Positions 14,464 through 28,687 are shown, numbered from the stretch's first letter. The stretch is DNA of 64,000 bases from Octopus bimaculoides (GCF_001194135.2 NC_068987.1:94802460-94866459); one strand, 5' to 3'. Numbers and translations: made by a program. Notes: generated from the sequence alone by a model not told the origin.

Positions 14464-15287
14464 CACACACACACACACACTTCACTATATAGGATAGACG
14501 AGTATGACATTGAGACAGAGAACCACTCTACATAGAGAGCAGATCTGGTTCCTGCAATACAGATAGATTCCTTTAAGGGAACACATAGAGAGATGTGCAG
14601 GTAACATCAAACCAAATTTCACAGTTTTCCCCTTATACCAGTGCAAAGATACAATTTCTAAACAAGAACGTTTAAATAAAGAAAATTTATTCATCAAAAA
14701 GTACAGAACATGTCTAAATATGCATGCATAACCAACTTTCATCTCTATACATATTTTAATTCAGGATTACGTACCCATCACTGTACATATTTCTCCCCAC
14801 AACTCTAGCTTTTGAATTTTTCTGTATATATATTTTCCACCCCACCCAAAGATGAATGGTTATCTCTCCTGTCCACAATAATAAAGATCACCAATTACCT
14901 CTCCGTATATTTTTCTACCTGATGAATCATTCATTCAGAAACTCCATACACAACATGGACAAAAAATTTTTTCTTAAGAAAATACGTATTTAAATAAATT
15001 TTAATGTCATGATTAGTAAAAGGGAAACCGGTCAACAAACACAATATAAAAGCTATTAAAAAATATATACTGCACACACTATGTACAGTGTGTGCATTTT
15101 CCTTCTTTAATTATATATATATATATATGTATAACCGGTTGAAACTGCTGAGATAATCTTGAACTCGACTGAGGATAGAAAGCTCTGAATGACCTGTCCT
15201 TGTTTTTCCTGTCTTTTTTTTTTTGTATCGTCTAATTGCCCAGATGTTTTGTTGTCACCTGTTACGTTCTTGTTCCATCTTTTGTTT

Positions 15288-15329
<42 letters not shown>

Positions 15330-15353
15330 TGCATGCATATATACACAGACATA

Positions 15354-15395
<42 letters not shown>

Positions 15396-15606
15396 NNNNN
15401 NNNNNNNNNNNNNNNNNNNNNNNNNNNNNNNNNNNNNNNNNNNNNNNNNNNNNNNNNNNNNNNNNNNNNNNNNNNNNNNNNNNNNNNNNNNNNNNNNNNN
15501 NNNNNNNNNNNNNNNNNNNNNNNNNNNNNNNNNNNNNNNNNNNNNNNNNNNNNNNNNNNNNNNNNNNNNNNNNNNNNNNNNNNNNNNNNNNNNNNNNNNN
15601 NNNNNN

Positions 15607-15687
<81 letters not shown>

Positions 15688-15839
15688 ATGTATGCACCCA
15701 CAATCTTCATTCTTTTGGCTAACAATTTTACTTTTGGACAACCTTACTCCGATTAAGAAGCTATAACTTAAGAATTCAGTCTCTCTGAACATTGTTTGGT
15801 GACCTTCTATTCCATGCTTCCACAATTATTTTCTCACTT

Positions 15840-16341
15840 CTATACTGTGTGTGTCAGTGAACAAAAGAACAGAAAAAGCATTCAACACAAATTTGTTGGA
15901 GTAATATTATGTTAACCAGACATTTTGCTTGGCAGTTCTGAAGTATTTGTGAGATGCAGTGAGATGGAAACACTCCAGCCTATGGCAAAATGGTGAGTGG
16001 TGGTTTCATCATGACAATGAACTCCTGCACACTGTCTTTAGTGTGAGACAGTTTTTGACCAAAAATGGCATGACCCTGCTTAGCCACTCTTCCTATTCAC
16101 CTGATCTTGCTAATGGGAAAGATTTTGCAGATGTGGAAAAGATGAAGAAGAAAACAAGTGGTGTTAAAAGGCTTCATTTCACAAGGTTTCCAGGACTGCT
16201 TGGAACCATGGAAAATGTGTCTGGACTGATGCCTTGCTTCAAATGAAGAATACTTTGAAGACAATAAAAGTGTAAATATGTAATACTAAGTGCATAAAAT
16301 AATATTGCAAAATTCCAGTTTCTTTTGGGTACCCCATCATA
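15840..16341 (+). mobile_element. Mariner (DD34D-type) remnant with internal deletions
   Basis: LWQNGEWWFHHDN..HTVFSVRQFLTKNGMTLLSHSSYSPDLA, then a deletion to GKDFADVE. The 3' TIR-like end is AAAATTCCAGTTTCTTTTGGGTACCCC. The left boundary is uncertain. Confidence 0.85.
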
Positions 16342-16362
16342 CATGTATGTGTGTGTGCATGT

Positions 16363-16412
<50 letters not shown>

Positions 16413-16610
16413 TAACATAGGGTAAAAATCATATATTAATTAATATCGATTAATTACCAGGAAGCAATTTAGGTCTTAGTAGACACAAGATGTGATCTAT
16501 TTCTAGCACATTGAATGTCCACGTTAGTGGTCAACGTTATATATATATATATGTGTGTATATATATATATCATCCTCATCATCGATGACACATATATAAG
16601 ACAACTAATA

Positions 16611-16961
16611 ATTTAATGTCCACTTTTCCATGCTTGCATGGGTCACACAGAATTTGTTAAGGCAAATTATTTGGTTGCTTCATCTCCTTGTTTCTGTCAA
16701 CTTTTACCAATCAAGGTAATGTTTCCACATAAATTAACGTGTTTTTCATGGATGATTAGAAATGAAAATCTTCTATTACGTTGATGTTCATTTACAACTA
16801 TCACATAATGTCTAGACATATATACATAATGCATATATATGAGTCCATTTACCAAATATAAGCACCAGGCTTTGGCCAAGAAATAGAAGACACTGAGCTG
16901 AGAAGCTGTGCAGTGGGACTGAACCCAGATTTCAGGGTTGGGAATCAAGCTTCTTAACCAT
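16611..16961 (-). mobile_element. Decayed family-B tRNA SINE with RTE-type 3' tail
   Basis: The reverse complement shows the head AAGAAGCTTGATTCCCAACC..GGGTTCAGTCCCACTG and a tail homologous to 57200-57433. Confidence 0.75.
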
Positions 16962-17042
16962 GTCTGCACCAATATATGGTTGTGTGTGTAGAAACATGTG
17001 TGTGTGTGTGTTTGTTTGTGTAGTTATATATATGTGTTTGTG

Positions 17043-17112
17043 TTTATATATGTGCATTATATACCTATTTGTGTGTGTTTATATATGTGCATTATATACC
17101 TATTTGTGTGTG
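17043..17112. repeat. Exact 35-bp tandem duplication
   Basis: TTTATATATGTGCATTATATACCTATTTGTGTGTG occurs twice in tandem. Confidence 0.9.
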
Positions 17113-17137
17113 TTTATTTTTATTTATCTATTTTTGA

Positions 17138-17197
<60 letters not shown>

Positions 17198-17298
17198 TTA
17201 TATATTGGTCATTTCCTTAAATTAAATAGCAAAAGCAATATAAATAAACATAGTTACATAATTATTTGTACACAGGCACACACATACTCTCATGTACT

Positions 17299-17334
<36 letters not shown>

Positions 17335-17351
17335 CATATATATATATGTAT

Positions 17352-17382
<31 letters not shown>

Positions 17383-18053
17383 CACAAATATTTAGACAAA
17401 CGTATGTACACACACATACATACAACACACACACACAGACACACACACACTCATGCATACATACATACATACATACATTCTCACTCACTCAAAAACTACA
17501 AACAATTCTTTTCAATGCGCTGAATATCCTTCAACTGGTACCTTCAAATGATAGAGCCTGTAGTTATTGATATTTCTGTTTCCCAATCATATTTTACCTA
17601 TACACATAAAAGATGTACATAGAACATACAATGTATACCTGATTGTGCAACATGTAGAATACACAGCATTGAGTACACAATAGTGAAGCAATGCAGCATA
17701 GATTTATTCATGGTCTATGTTTCATACAATGCATATCTTTTCAGATCTGTAGGCACCATATTGGCAATTTATATACTGTTAATAAAATGTGCACATATAT
17801 TATTGATACAGCAATATTTTATTTCTATGTTACTTCTATAATATATGTGCACCTTAGCAAGCTGTTTGCATAAAAAGGCCCTTTTTTTTTTGTAGAAGAG
17901 AAAGAGGTGCAAGAGAAACGTTGTAGTACTAACGCTTAGTTGCAGATAGTGCATTAGTTTTAATCACTAACTTTATTCGCTTAAATTTTATTACTAACAC
18001 CATTTATGTTCTTTTTTTATATTAATCAGTCATTATCTCACTTGTTGTTATTG

Positions 18054-18093
<40 letters not shown>

Positions 18094-18520
18094 TCATTAT
18101 CATCATCATTATTAATTTCGTTGTTGTTGTTGATTTGTTTTACATGAGCTCACCCAGTCTCAGCCAGAGACCTCACGAACAGATAGTTGGCCGCTTTACT
18201 ATGGGTGTTACTTACAAGTAGCAATGATATATTGTACAGCAAAGAAACTACATCCTGAGAATTAAGATTCTATCAAAAGTTTGTGGTAACATTTGTAATT
18301 TTGAAAGAGTTTTAAAGATTCAGGTATTCTCAGTTGACAGTGTGTTTTTCTCAGGTTGTGGGGCAATACCCATCAGACCCATATCTTGTAATTCTGATAC
18401 TACTCAATTGCCTGATCTGGTCAGTTCTTATAATGTATGAAAGTTTTACCTTGACTGTATCTATATTTATAGTAAGGATATCTCTGATGTATGTTGTACT
18501 CCTGTACTATGAAAGACAAA

Positions 18521-18793
18521 TCATTATCATCTTTTAACGTCTGCTTTCCATGTTGGCATGGGTTGGACAGTTTGACTGAGAGCTGGCGAGCCAGAAGGCT
18601 GCACCAGTCTCCAGTCTGATCTGGCAAAGTTTCTACAGCCAGATGCCCTTCCTAACGCCAACCACTCTGAGAGTGTAGTGAGTGTTTTTACGTACCACCG
18701 GCATGAGGGCCAGTCAGGCGGTACTGGCATCAGCCACACTCAAATGGTACATTTTACATGCCACCTGCACAAGAGCCAGTCCGATGGTACTGG
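18521..18793 (-). mobile_element. RTE-type LINE 3' UTR/tail
   Basis: The reverse complement contains GTGGTTGGCGTTAGGAAGGGCATC...CCCATGCCAACATGGAAAGCAGACGTTAAA followed by a GAT-type tail. The same sequence follows RTE coding sequence at 30664-31170. Confidence 0.85.
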
Positions 18794-19369
18794 AGGATAA
18801 ATGGAACAATTCTAATTATATTGATTTCTTTAGTGAGTAGTTCCTAAGATGTTGAAGGAGAATAGAAAGGTAAATGCTAAGAAGAAATAGCAAGGAATTT
18901 ACATTGAGTAAAATGGTGAGATGAAACAAACAATAAAGTCATGGAGATAATAGTAAGGAAAAACAGGAATAGAGAACCGATAATAGAATAAGAACAAGAA
19001 ATAAAGCTACAAATGTGAAAGGAACCAACATATAAGGGGATTCCTGCCACTCTCAACTCTGGATTAGTCTGACCTATCAAAGGTAAGTTCTTGCCACAAC
19101 TGTAGACTTAGCTTATTTAGCCATTCCTATTTCATCATTTTTTGTATGATTTTACTGGAAAGGTATCACCTCCTCCTCCTCCTCCTCCCTATTTATGTTC
19201 TTTTTCTTCTTTTAAGTTGTTCTTGAAGCAACTGAGGAGGACTTAGCTCTGTCCCAGAATGTGACTTCTTTCAAGGAAACGTTACTCTCCCTCTTCTGAA
19301 CCAATGGAAGGATAAGTTGATCGCCATGGAGTTCTTTGTGGATGGTCAGATCCTTGGAATATGATAACA

Positions 19370-19690
19370 GTTGTTTGATCATAATCTCCAAATCGGTAAA
19401 GCCCTAAAGTCAGCAGCACTGTCCAACATTTACTTACATTACACATCCAGCAAAGCATACGAGCTTCATTCCTCTCAAACCTTCACACGTTCTCTGCGTT
19501 TAAGGCTCATTTCTTACTACCTTTGTAGACTTAATGTTCAAATGCATGCATCATACAATCTTCCTTTCACTCGGAGAGAGAAACCTTTGGTTGCCAACAG
19601 AGGTAAAACCTCTCTGAATTTTCTCCATCTTATTTTTATTCTAGGAATTACATTCGTTCTACATCCTCCCCCACTACTAACTTGGTCATC
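19370..19690 (-). mobile_element. RTE-clade LINE fragment (RT C-terminal region)
   Basis: The minus strand reads DQVSSGGGC...RIKIRWRKFREVLPLLATKGFSLRVKGRLYDAC...FERNEARMLCWMCNV. Confidence 0.88.
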
Positions 19691-19759
19691 ATCATCATCA
19701 TCTAAAAACAGCAATCTGGTAGAATCATTAGAATCCTACTTTGTAGAATTTTGTGTGGC

Positions 19760-19942
19760 ACTTTTTGTTCTAAGATCAAATCTCACCCTGGGGTTTGATA
19801 AAATGAAGTTCTAGTCAAGTACTTGGGTTAATTATATTGACCAATACCCTTCCCTCAAAACAACTGACCAGTCAGTGAGATTCCATGCCTGATGCCCCAG
19901 CATGGCTGCAGTCCCATGACTGAAGCAAGGAAAAGATTAAAG
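19760..19942 (+). mobile_element. Decayed SINE body and tail
   Basis: GGGGTTTGATAAAATGAAGT..AGTCAAGTACT body, plus a tail CCCCAGCATGGCTGCAGTC..TGACTGAAGCAAGGAAAAGA shared with the SINE at 36681-37060. Confidence 0.6.
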
Positions 19943-20451
19943 ATTACTTTCTGGTATTTGTCATGATGATGATGATCATCATCATTGTATATATTAATAT
20001 TGTTATAATAATCTGCACTTCCGCAAATAGTTGCATATTCATACACAACACACACACACACCTATATATATTTGTCCAATAGGTGTGTATAATCGCAAAT
20101 ATATCTTGCCACACACGTCATCATTGATGAAGAGAAGAATTTTCTTTTGAGACTATTTCTTCAGCAAAAGATCTTCCTATATCTGAGTGTACATGGACAT
20201 ATTCAATAGGATTGTACACTCCTAGATTTCATTCGATGTAGCTTTGTTTACTTCTGGTTAATATATTTACTAGGTATTCTCTGGTGAGTTCTTATTGCTT
20301 ATCTTGTTAAAATTACAGACGTTAAATGACGATGATGATGATGTATAGATGCAGACAAATATCATCATCAGTGCTTTGATGATGTATCCTCTTTGTCTCT
20401 TACTCCATTGGCACACAATCATATATTTATTTCATAATTTACTCATTTCTA

Positions 20452-20498
<47 letters not shown>

Positions 20499-21838
20499 GC
20501 ATATNNNNNNNNNNNNNNNNNNNNNNNNNNNNNNNNNNNNNNNNNNNNNNNNNNNNNNNNNNNNNNNNNNNNNNNNNNNNNNNNNNNNNNNNNNNNNNNN
20601 NNNNNNNNNNNNNNNNNNNNNNNNNNNNNNNNNNNNNNNNNNNNNNNNNNNNNNNNNNNNNNNNNNNNNNNNNNNNNNNNNNNNNNNNNNNNNNNNNNNN
20701 NNNNNNNNNNNNNNNNNNNNNNNNNNNNNNNNNNNNNNNNNNNNNNNNNNNNNNNNNNNNNNNNNNNNNNNNNNNNNNNNNNNNNNNNNNNNNNNNNNNN
20801 NNNNNNNNNNNNNNNNNNNNNNNNNNNNNNNNNNNNNNNNNNNNNNNNNATATATATATATATATATATACATACATACAACATATGTATGTATAGGGTA
20901 CTTTTATGTGTATGTATGTTTGTATATGTCAGTGAACATTTTTGGTTATTCCGTAATATGTCATTAAACAGATGTCTTCATCCTGCAGCACAGTGATGCT
21001 ATATATTTAAGCCAACTTGCTAAACCCCAAATTTCTCTTCAAGTTATATTCTTAAGAAAACCACTTGAAGCTAAAAGAATTCTTTTCACCTCAAGCTAAC
21101 TCTAAATGTTCAAGACATGTCGCCTGGTTGTCTCTGGATGCTTTTATAACAGTTTGAGATTCTGGTTTCACTGTTCAGTGCCATTGATAAGATATTCATC
21201 AGGGATATTTAGTCTAGAGAATTCAACACACATCTTATCAACTAAAACACTTTTAATTCCCACCACAGCATCCTTGTATTAAGCAGAGATAAAAATACAC
21301 ATTGATTGCCTTGTTTCTACTCTGGTGGTGGAAACCAGCCCAAAATATAACTCTCTACTTCCTCCTATAACACACCAACATACACCTCTTTTGTTGCTAT
21401 TTCCAGTTTAATTTATGTCTAATCAGACAATCAAATAATTTGCCAATTCAAGTTAACTCAAATCTATTGAACTGCTAAAGATAATCAACTGTAGACTACA
21501 AAAAGAAAGAAGAAACACTATTAAATGAGACTCTAAATGAATTGCTAATAAAATAACAATTCACCTTCAGTTTCAGTTTTGACCTAAAAGTAATTTATAG
21601 TTGGAAACTTTGTTTTGTTTCACAATCTAGTAGAACAGAAATTATGCTTTCCATCTACTCTGCTCTATTAACCAACTTCCCTTGGTTAAAATCTGACATT
21701 GCACAATGATTCAAGTTCAGAGCAACTATCTAACAACTGTATTTATAATTGTCGTAATTTTGCTTATTCATTCATTAGACGTTTCGAAATAAATATATAT
21801 AACAGTGGATGAATGTATTTGTGTAGGCATGTATATAA

Positions 21839-21889
<51 letters not shown>

Positions 21890-22570
21890 GTAAATATCAT
21901 TGAGATTTAGATTGCTATATTATGCATATGAAAATTTAATTACAATTTTTTGTTTAGCTTTGATTGTGTGCTTCTGTTTGTTTGTGTAAAGGATTATATA
22001 ATAGTGCACTTGTACTTGGTTATTATGTTAAAAATAGATTATCACAACTCTGATCTGACTCTTCTTTCATAATTGTTGCTCAATTTATCCCAGAAATATC
22101 TTTATTTATTAAAAGAAGACAAAATTAAGAATTTAAACAGATACAGATATAATACAGAGAAATTTTTTTAAAACATTGACATTTAATTCAGGTTATTTAA
22201 TTGAAGTTACACATCAACAGTTCTTCAGAGCCAGAGAATCAGGGTTTTAGATAAGAATTCTTGGGCAGATAGTTTCAATCACTTTTAGGGAGATAGCCTA
22301 GTAGAGCTGCTGTAGAGATGGATTAAAGTGTTCTTGCCTGTTGCAGGCTTCTATGAAACATGTTTATTTACATATTCCAGCCATCTAACTTAGTATCTTG
22401 CTAGTTGTAAAAACAAATGGTAATAATAATAACAATAATCATAACAATCCTTTCTTTGATACAGTAAGTTTCCTTGCCCTAGGTGTCAGAAAGACACTCG
22501 GCAAGAAATAGAAACAAAATTGAAAAAAGAAGAAAAGCAATAATAATAATGGTAGTAGTAATAGTAATAA

Positions 22571-22900
22571 ATTGATCCATCATGTCAATTTGTTTCCAGA
22601 ATTATAAAGAAAGAGGATGAAAAGTTAAAAAAATATAATCCCTTAAAATTTGAAATTGCAAGAATTTGGAGTATGAAAACTGTAACAAAAAATATAGACA
22701 TGCTCCATTGAGGACAACTAGAATTTTGAAATTGATGCTGAGGTGTTGAGTGTCTGCCATGATAAGTTAACATCCAAATACCAAAGCTTATGATTTGCAG
22801 AAGGAGACCCTGAGAGTCCTCTGCCAACAGGTTGCTGTCCACTCCCACAGAATCGACCAGAGCAAGTAAGACCAAGAGCTCTGAAAAAGCAAAATAATAA
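22571..22900 (+). mobile_element. 3' fragment of a non-LTR retrotransposon with restriction-like endonuclease (R4/Dong-like)
   Basis: IDPSCQFVSRIIKKEDEKLKKYNPLKFEIARIWSMKTV, later YDLQKETL, then a 3' UTR and an AAT-type tail. Confidence 0.8.
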
Positions 22901-23003
22901 TAATAACAAAAACAGCAGTAATAGTAGTAATGGTGGTGGTAGTAGTAGTTCTTGTAGTAGCAGCAGCAGTAGTAGCAGTAGCATCAGCAGCAGCAGCAGC
23001 AGT

Positions 23004-23160
23004 TCAGTGCAGCTCCAGAAAGCAATGTTATAAGGGACAGCTAGGATACTTAGGAAGTGTCTTGGCATCTAAGGTTACTTGTTGTAGCCTGATGTTAGAA
23101 TTTTTTCTTTTCCAACAGTTTAATCTGTTGTGTGTATGTGAAATAATAATAGTCTACAGT
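23004..23160 (+). mobile_element. Second RLE-retrotransposon 3' end
   Basis: QLQKAML*GTARILRKCLGI* is the typical LQKxxLLGTARILRKVL terminus, followed by a UTR ending in AATAATAAT. Confidence 0.8.
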
Positions 23161-23542
23161 ATATCATATGACCCATTGTTGTCGTTTGCTGAATTTCTAG
23201 AACACTCCTGAATCAATGATGGTTGAGAACCATTTATTATATGCATGTTGAGGTGAACAGTTTGATGAGTGGCTAAGCTGTTCAAGCACCAATATGCTTG
23301 TGATGATCACATGTCACTTGTAAGTTTCTGTTTATCAATGTCTGTGTAACATACTTTACACATACCGATACTCAGAAGCTGACCTTCTCTACATTTAGTT
23401 AATCTAGAACTATGGATTCGTTTTATTATGAGCTGTGTGTGCAAGTTCGCTTGAATGTATATCCATTTGTATCATTTATAAAACCAGTGTTATCATCTCA
23501 TATGCAGTGTAAACGGAGTTAGAATTACTAATAACTCTGAGA

Positions 23543-23619
<77 letters not shown>

Positions 23620-25253
23620 TCTTTACCTCCCTGCTGTACTCATCTATGCCTAATGAACTACCCTGAAAAGAATTTAAGTAAATTTGGAAGTAAACCCCTG
23701 ATGTCTTTTCTTTCTCTATATGTTAAGTGATATGGATGTTGTAAAGAATAGATAAAGTCTCTACAATTGTCTTTCTATCTTAAATGAAGGCATTTTACAG
23801 GTTTTGCTTTTCCATATTTTTGAGAAAGTCCTCAACACCAGATGACTGTACTTCACCTTTTCTATAAATCTGATACACTTTCAATGTTTATCTATATATA
23901 AATAGTTTCTTGACAAATCAGAGTCCTTCTAACTTTTCAGCTTTGCTCTTCAGAAATTTGGATTTTGAGACTGTTGACTTTTGACATTTAGCTTTCAGGA
24001 ATTAATAAAATAGACACTAATTCTAGAGATGTAAACTTATTGTACACAACCTTTGTAAAAATTCGGTTTTTATGTTTAAGAAAAATAAAAAGGAATTTAT
24101 TACTTTCATGAGATTTTTTGTGTTAAACCTCTAAATTAATGTAAATGCACAAATAACCATGTGGTCTGTGTCATGTGACATGGGCAATAAAGTTGTGGCT
24201 AAGTGCCCATCTACTAAAACCTATGATGCAGTTTGAAGCTTTAGCTATTTGATTCACTTTATTCCTTGTACCTTTTGCCTTCTTTACATTATATAAAAGT
24301 CAAAATCTTAAGTGGTAACCCAATGAACCATTAAAGGTTATACAGAGCATATGTTAAAGGCTAAGAATTCGTTAATGGTTACAGGGTTTTGGTAAATTGC
24401 AAAGGGTTCTATTTTATGTGTAGACCATCGTAACATGATATGAAATTTATTAATTGTAAAGTTTCTGGATTGTTTAGTGAATGGTGGTCTAGAGCTCAAA
24501 TTCATTCTCTGCAATAGGATTGGTGAGGAATCCTGTTTTAATTCACCTGGCATGAAATTTTGTAGATAAATTAAACTGTTGTAAGTTTAAGAGATTTGCT
24601 CCAATCTTTCATATATTGTTGTCTTTCTATGTGTGTCAATAGGTAAGCCTGAGGAAAATTTGGAATTACTCTTAACTCAACAGACATTTATGGTTCTTAA
24701 TAAAAGGTAGAAATCACATCACAAAATGCATAGACTTTGATTAGAATCCTCAATTCTATTTAAAAATTTTTTTTTTTAATAAGTTGTTTTCAGGCTGTCT
24801 TTCTTTTGTTGAGAAATTACGGTTGTAATTAATGATTTCCAATACTGGGATCAGAACCATTCCACTGTTCCAGTCGTTCTTCCTCCATTTATTCTATCAT
24901 ATTGACTTGCTTTATTCTTTTTAAAATTTATTTTTTCCCTGTATTATGTTAATGAAGCTTTAAAAGATGTGAAATTTTATTTAAAATACTAGTCTTCAAA
25001 TCACTAAGAGCCTACATGTGTGTGCATGCGTATATATTNNNNNNNNNNNNNNNNNNNNNNNNNNNNNNNNNNNNNNNNNNNNNNNNNNNNNNNNNNNNNN
25101 NNNNNNNNNNNNNNNNNNNNNNNNNNNNNNNNNNNNNNNNNNNNNNNNNNNNNNNNNNNNNNNNNNNNNNNNNNNNNNNNNNNNNNNNNNNNNNNNNNNN
25201 NNNNNNNNNNNNNNNNNNNNNNNNNNNNNNNNNNNNNNNNNNNNNNNNNNNNN

Positions 25254-25308
<55 letters not shown>

Positions 25309-25749
25309 GTGCATGTGTGTGCATATATATACACACAGACGCACGCACACATATATAAACATATTGTATCTGTTTTTACTTATCATTGAATATTACTTTA
25401 TTTCCTTCAAATATATTTTTGGGGTTTTCATTGATTTTTTTTCAAACTATTTTTTTTTTCATTTCAACCATTTTCTATGTATGTGTTCATGTTTGTATCT
25501 ATGTAGCTATCTATATATGAATATGTGTGTGTATGTATGTCTGAGTGTGTGTGTCTGTATGTGCATGTATATGTGTATGTATATATATAAAATATTTCAC
25601 ACTATCATTTCTTTGTTAATTCAGTACATATTTATTTAAACAGAAGTGAATGCAAATAAAGACCTTTATAAAAATGTGTGCGCGTGTGTGTATGTATGTA
25701 GTCTCATGTTTTAAATGTATTTCCTGTTTGCATGTTTGTAATTCTCTAC

Positions 25750-25783
<34 letters not shown>

Positions 25784-26176
25784 TTTTTCCCTTCTTTTTA
25801 TGTTTTTGATTTTAGAAAACCTTCCTCACATTTAAACTCTGTAAATATTACCCAATGTATTGATTGTGTTACCAATTCAGAATTTGAAAGAGGAGTTACA
25901 AGTAGCATTTAAAAGTAAATAATAATATATCAAATATGTGTAAAACAAAACTAATAACACCTATATTAATCCACAATCCCTGAATCCTCCAAAAATTTTA
26001 CAGATCCCTAACTATATTTTTGCACCTTGTATTACCTCTTTCCACTTTATCATTTTCTCACTTGCAGCATTCAGCTAATGTTGTTTACCTATTTCTCATC
26101 TGTTCTTTTCTCCTTTCCCTCCTACCTCTTGCTCTTACCTTAAATGCCCTGTGTTTTTATGTTATAGTTGTTGTAT

Positions 26177-26234
<58 letters not shown>

Positions 26235-27719
26235 ATATATATATTTCATAATTTTTTTTTTATTGTTTTGCAACCAAGTGTTTTATGAGTGTCAGGAATG
26301 TTTTGACCAAAGCTTCGATTACCCACCCCTCTATCCAGCCTTGTTGTTGTCAATCAATTTTTTAAAAATATTTTTTTAATTTATTTTTATTTTTTTATTT
26401 TTTTATTTTTTACATAATTCATATCCAGCCACTTCCCACCAAAGTCTGCACCATTTTGAAAATAATCAAAGCAGCAAACATTCTCACAGACCTACAAACA
26501 TCACTCACACATGACTAAAATATAGCCTTAATTCATTGACAATGCTATCCGTTTTTCTTCCACCATACATCGTCCATCTTCTAGATGACAACTGATTATT
26601 ATTAACTCGAACATATAACCTTCTTTAAATATTATACTGTTCTGTTTTATTTAGTTATTTTTTAAAATCTTTGTGGAAAATTACAATTAAAGAAAATGTC
26701 ATTTTGATTCTAAATGCCTGGTTAACTTCCTATTTGCATTAATGTCTTCAGAAATCCCTGAGAAATCATTAATGACATAATCTTATGTTATATCTCACAA
26801 CCCTGTACAACACCAACATTCCGCTCCCATTTAATCCCTCAGTTTTGCCTTTTGCTTATAACTGTCTACTAGCAACAGTCTACGCAATATTACAGATGCT
26901 TCAAAATGACTTGCCTCTAGACAGGACTTCCTAAATAACATTATTTCCCCTATCATGAAATTCTACCATTTCTATATTTCAAACAGTCTTTCCATTTCCG
27001 CTATTTTTTCTCCCTCATTCATTGTAAAACATCCTCATATATAAAATCAAACCCCAGTCACACATTCCTCTTATATCTTATTCTCACCTTTCAACTGTTT
27101 TTATGGAAAAGAAGTATCTTATTTGATACTCTACACTTCTTTATTATAACTAAAACAAAAAAGAAAAAGAAAACAAGTATATGAGAGACAAAGAGATATA
27201 AAATGTATACATGGATGATACTTATTACAAGTTTCATAGTTTCCAATCAGAGGTATTATTATTCAAAAATAACTGCTGCAGTAGTTGAATAACTCCTCTC
27301 TGCTCAGTCGTCATCCATTGAAAAAAAAACCTTTTACAGGTATTTCTAGCTTCAATTACATCAACCTTTATAGCGGAGTATTCATTTCTCAGATCTAGAA
27401 TTGAAGAGGGTTTATAGTCAGATTAGACAACTGCATTAAACAGTTTAGGCAATAGTGTTGTGATTGAAATTACAAGAGATAATTAACAAGTAATATTACA
27501 AGGTGACTAGTAGCCTTTGTTAATAGCAAGTTGCTGAATTTTTCTTTTTTTTTTGCTTTATTCAAATGTATGTTTCTCATATATTCTGTTCAACCAATCT
27601 TCCTATTTCAATGAAATTACCTAATTCTACAAATATTTACGAAATGAAAATAACATAAGCTAATGTCTACACAATGTGTCACACTGTTCAATTGTTGTTG
27701 TAGTTACTACTACTACTAC

Positions 27720-27720
<1 letters not shown>

Positions 27721-27760
<40 letters not shown>
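27721..27760. repeat. (AAT)n microsatellite
   Basis: Direct inspection. Confidence 0.95.
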
Positions 27761-28043
27761 GGCTGATGATAAATGATAGACTCTTTAATGTGACAATTCC
27801 TAACTGTATTTCTTGCAGCTCTTTAAGTTCAAATCCCACCAAGGTTAAATTTGCCTTACATCCCTCTGAGGTCAATGAAATTGATTTCATCTCCTAATCT
27901 CCTCCACTGAATTTCTTGCCTTCCACATTTTCTTTGGTTTTTGGATTGAGAAAATAAAATACCAATCACCTTCAGTGATTGTTAAAAATAACAGTTCTCC
28001 CTCTCCAAATAATTACTAGGAACAGTTATTATGGAGATTTCTA

Positions 28044-28260
28044 AGGTGGTGAGCTGGCAGAAACATTAGCATGCTGGGCAAAATGCTAAGCAGTATTTTG
28101 TCTGCCAATATGTTCTGAGTTCAAATTCTACCAAGGTCGACTTTGCCTTTCATCCTTTTAGGGTCGATAAAACACATAGCAGTTGAACACTGAGGTCGAT
28201 GTAATCAACTCATCTCCGCCACCCCAAAAATGACTGCCTTTGGGGCAAAATTTGAAACCA
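28044..28260 (+). mobile_element. Family-A tRNA SINE
   Basis: GGTGGTGAGCTGGCAGAAACATTAGCATGCTGGGCAAAATGCTAAGC...GAGTTCAAATTC...GTCGACTTTGCCTTTCATCC. Confidence 0.9.
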
Positions 28261-28291
28261 TTATTATTTATATTTCTTCTTCTTCTTCTTC

Positions 28292-28330
<39 letters not shown>

Positions 28331-28331
<1 letters not shown>

Positions 28332-28687
28332 GTTGGTGTAGGAACATTATCTTGAGGTTTGATGACAAGTCTCCTCAGATCTCAAGAATCTTGCAGATTA
28401 GATGATGGCACAATTCTGCAGGTCAACTCTGTACTTCTCAATTCCAACATCTTTCAATCATTTAGGTAGCATTTTGGATGTTGGGCCAAGTGCACCTATT
28501 AGTACAGGAATAATTGTTCTCTTAGTCTTCCATAATCCATTCATCTCTCTCTAGCTAGATTCTGATAATCCTCTATTATCTTAGTTTCTTTGGCATCTAT
28601 CCTGATATCGTATGGGATTGCATAATCTATGATCTTACACTTTATTTACTTCTCTATAATTATATCTGGTTTTCTCACTTCAGTATT
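28331..28687 (-). mobile_element. RLE-retrotransposon (R4/Dong-like) 3' fragment containing the endonuclease motif
   Basis: The minus strand reads VRKPDIIIEK*IKCKIIDYAIPYDIRIDAKETKIIEDYQNLARE...IIPVLIGALG...VDLQ, a PD..D..K..KY-type RLE signature. (ATT)n flanks both sides. Confidence 0.9.

Noticed and set aside
14919-14941. CTGATGA...GAAA canonical hammerhead-like core
   Set aside because: No stem II pairing between the core halves and no A15.1-U16.1 closure.
15169-15200. CTGAGGA...GAAT possible hammerhead in a repeat-like segment
   Set aside because: GAAA is absent and stems I and II do not pair. At best it is a decayed motif that I cannot support.
19371-19814. 147-aa plus-strand ORF
   Set aside because: It is antisense to the RTE fragment on the minus strand.
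21166-21202. Minus-strand CTGATGA...GAAAC
   Set aside because: The only hairpin is separated from the core by about 16 unpaired nucleotides, and there is no stem I or III.
22793-23030. Ser/Asn-rich open frame resembling a low-complexity exon
   Set aside because: It is built from an RLE-element UTR plus a compound trinucleotide tract.
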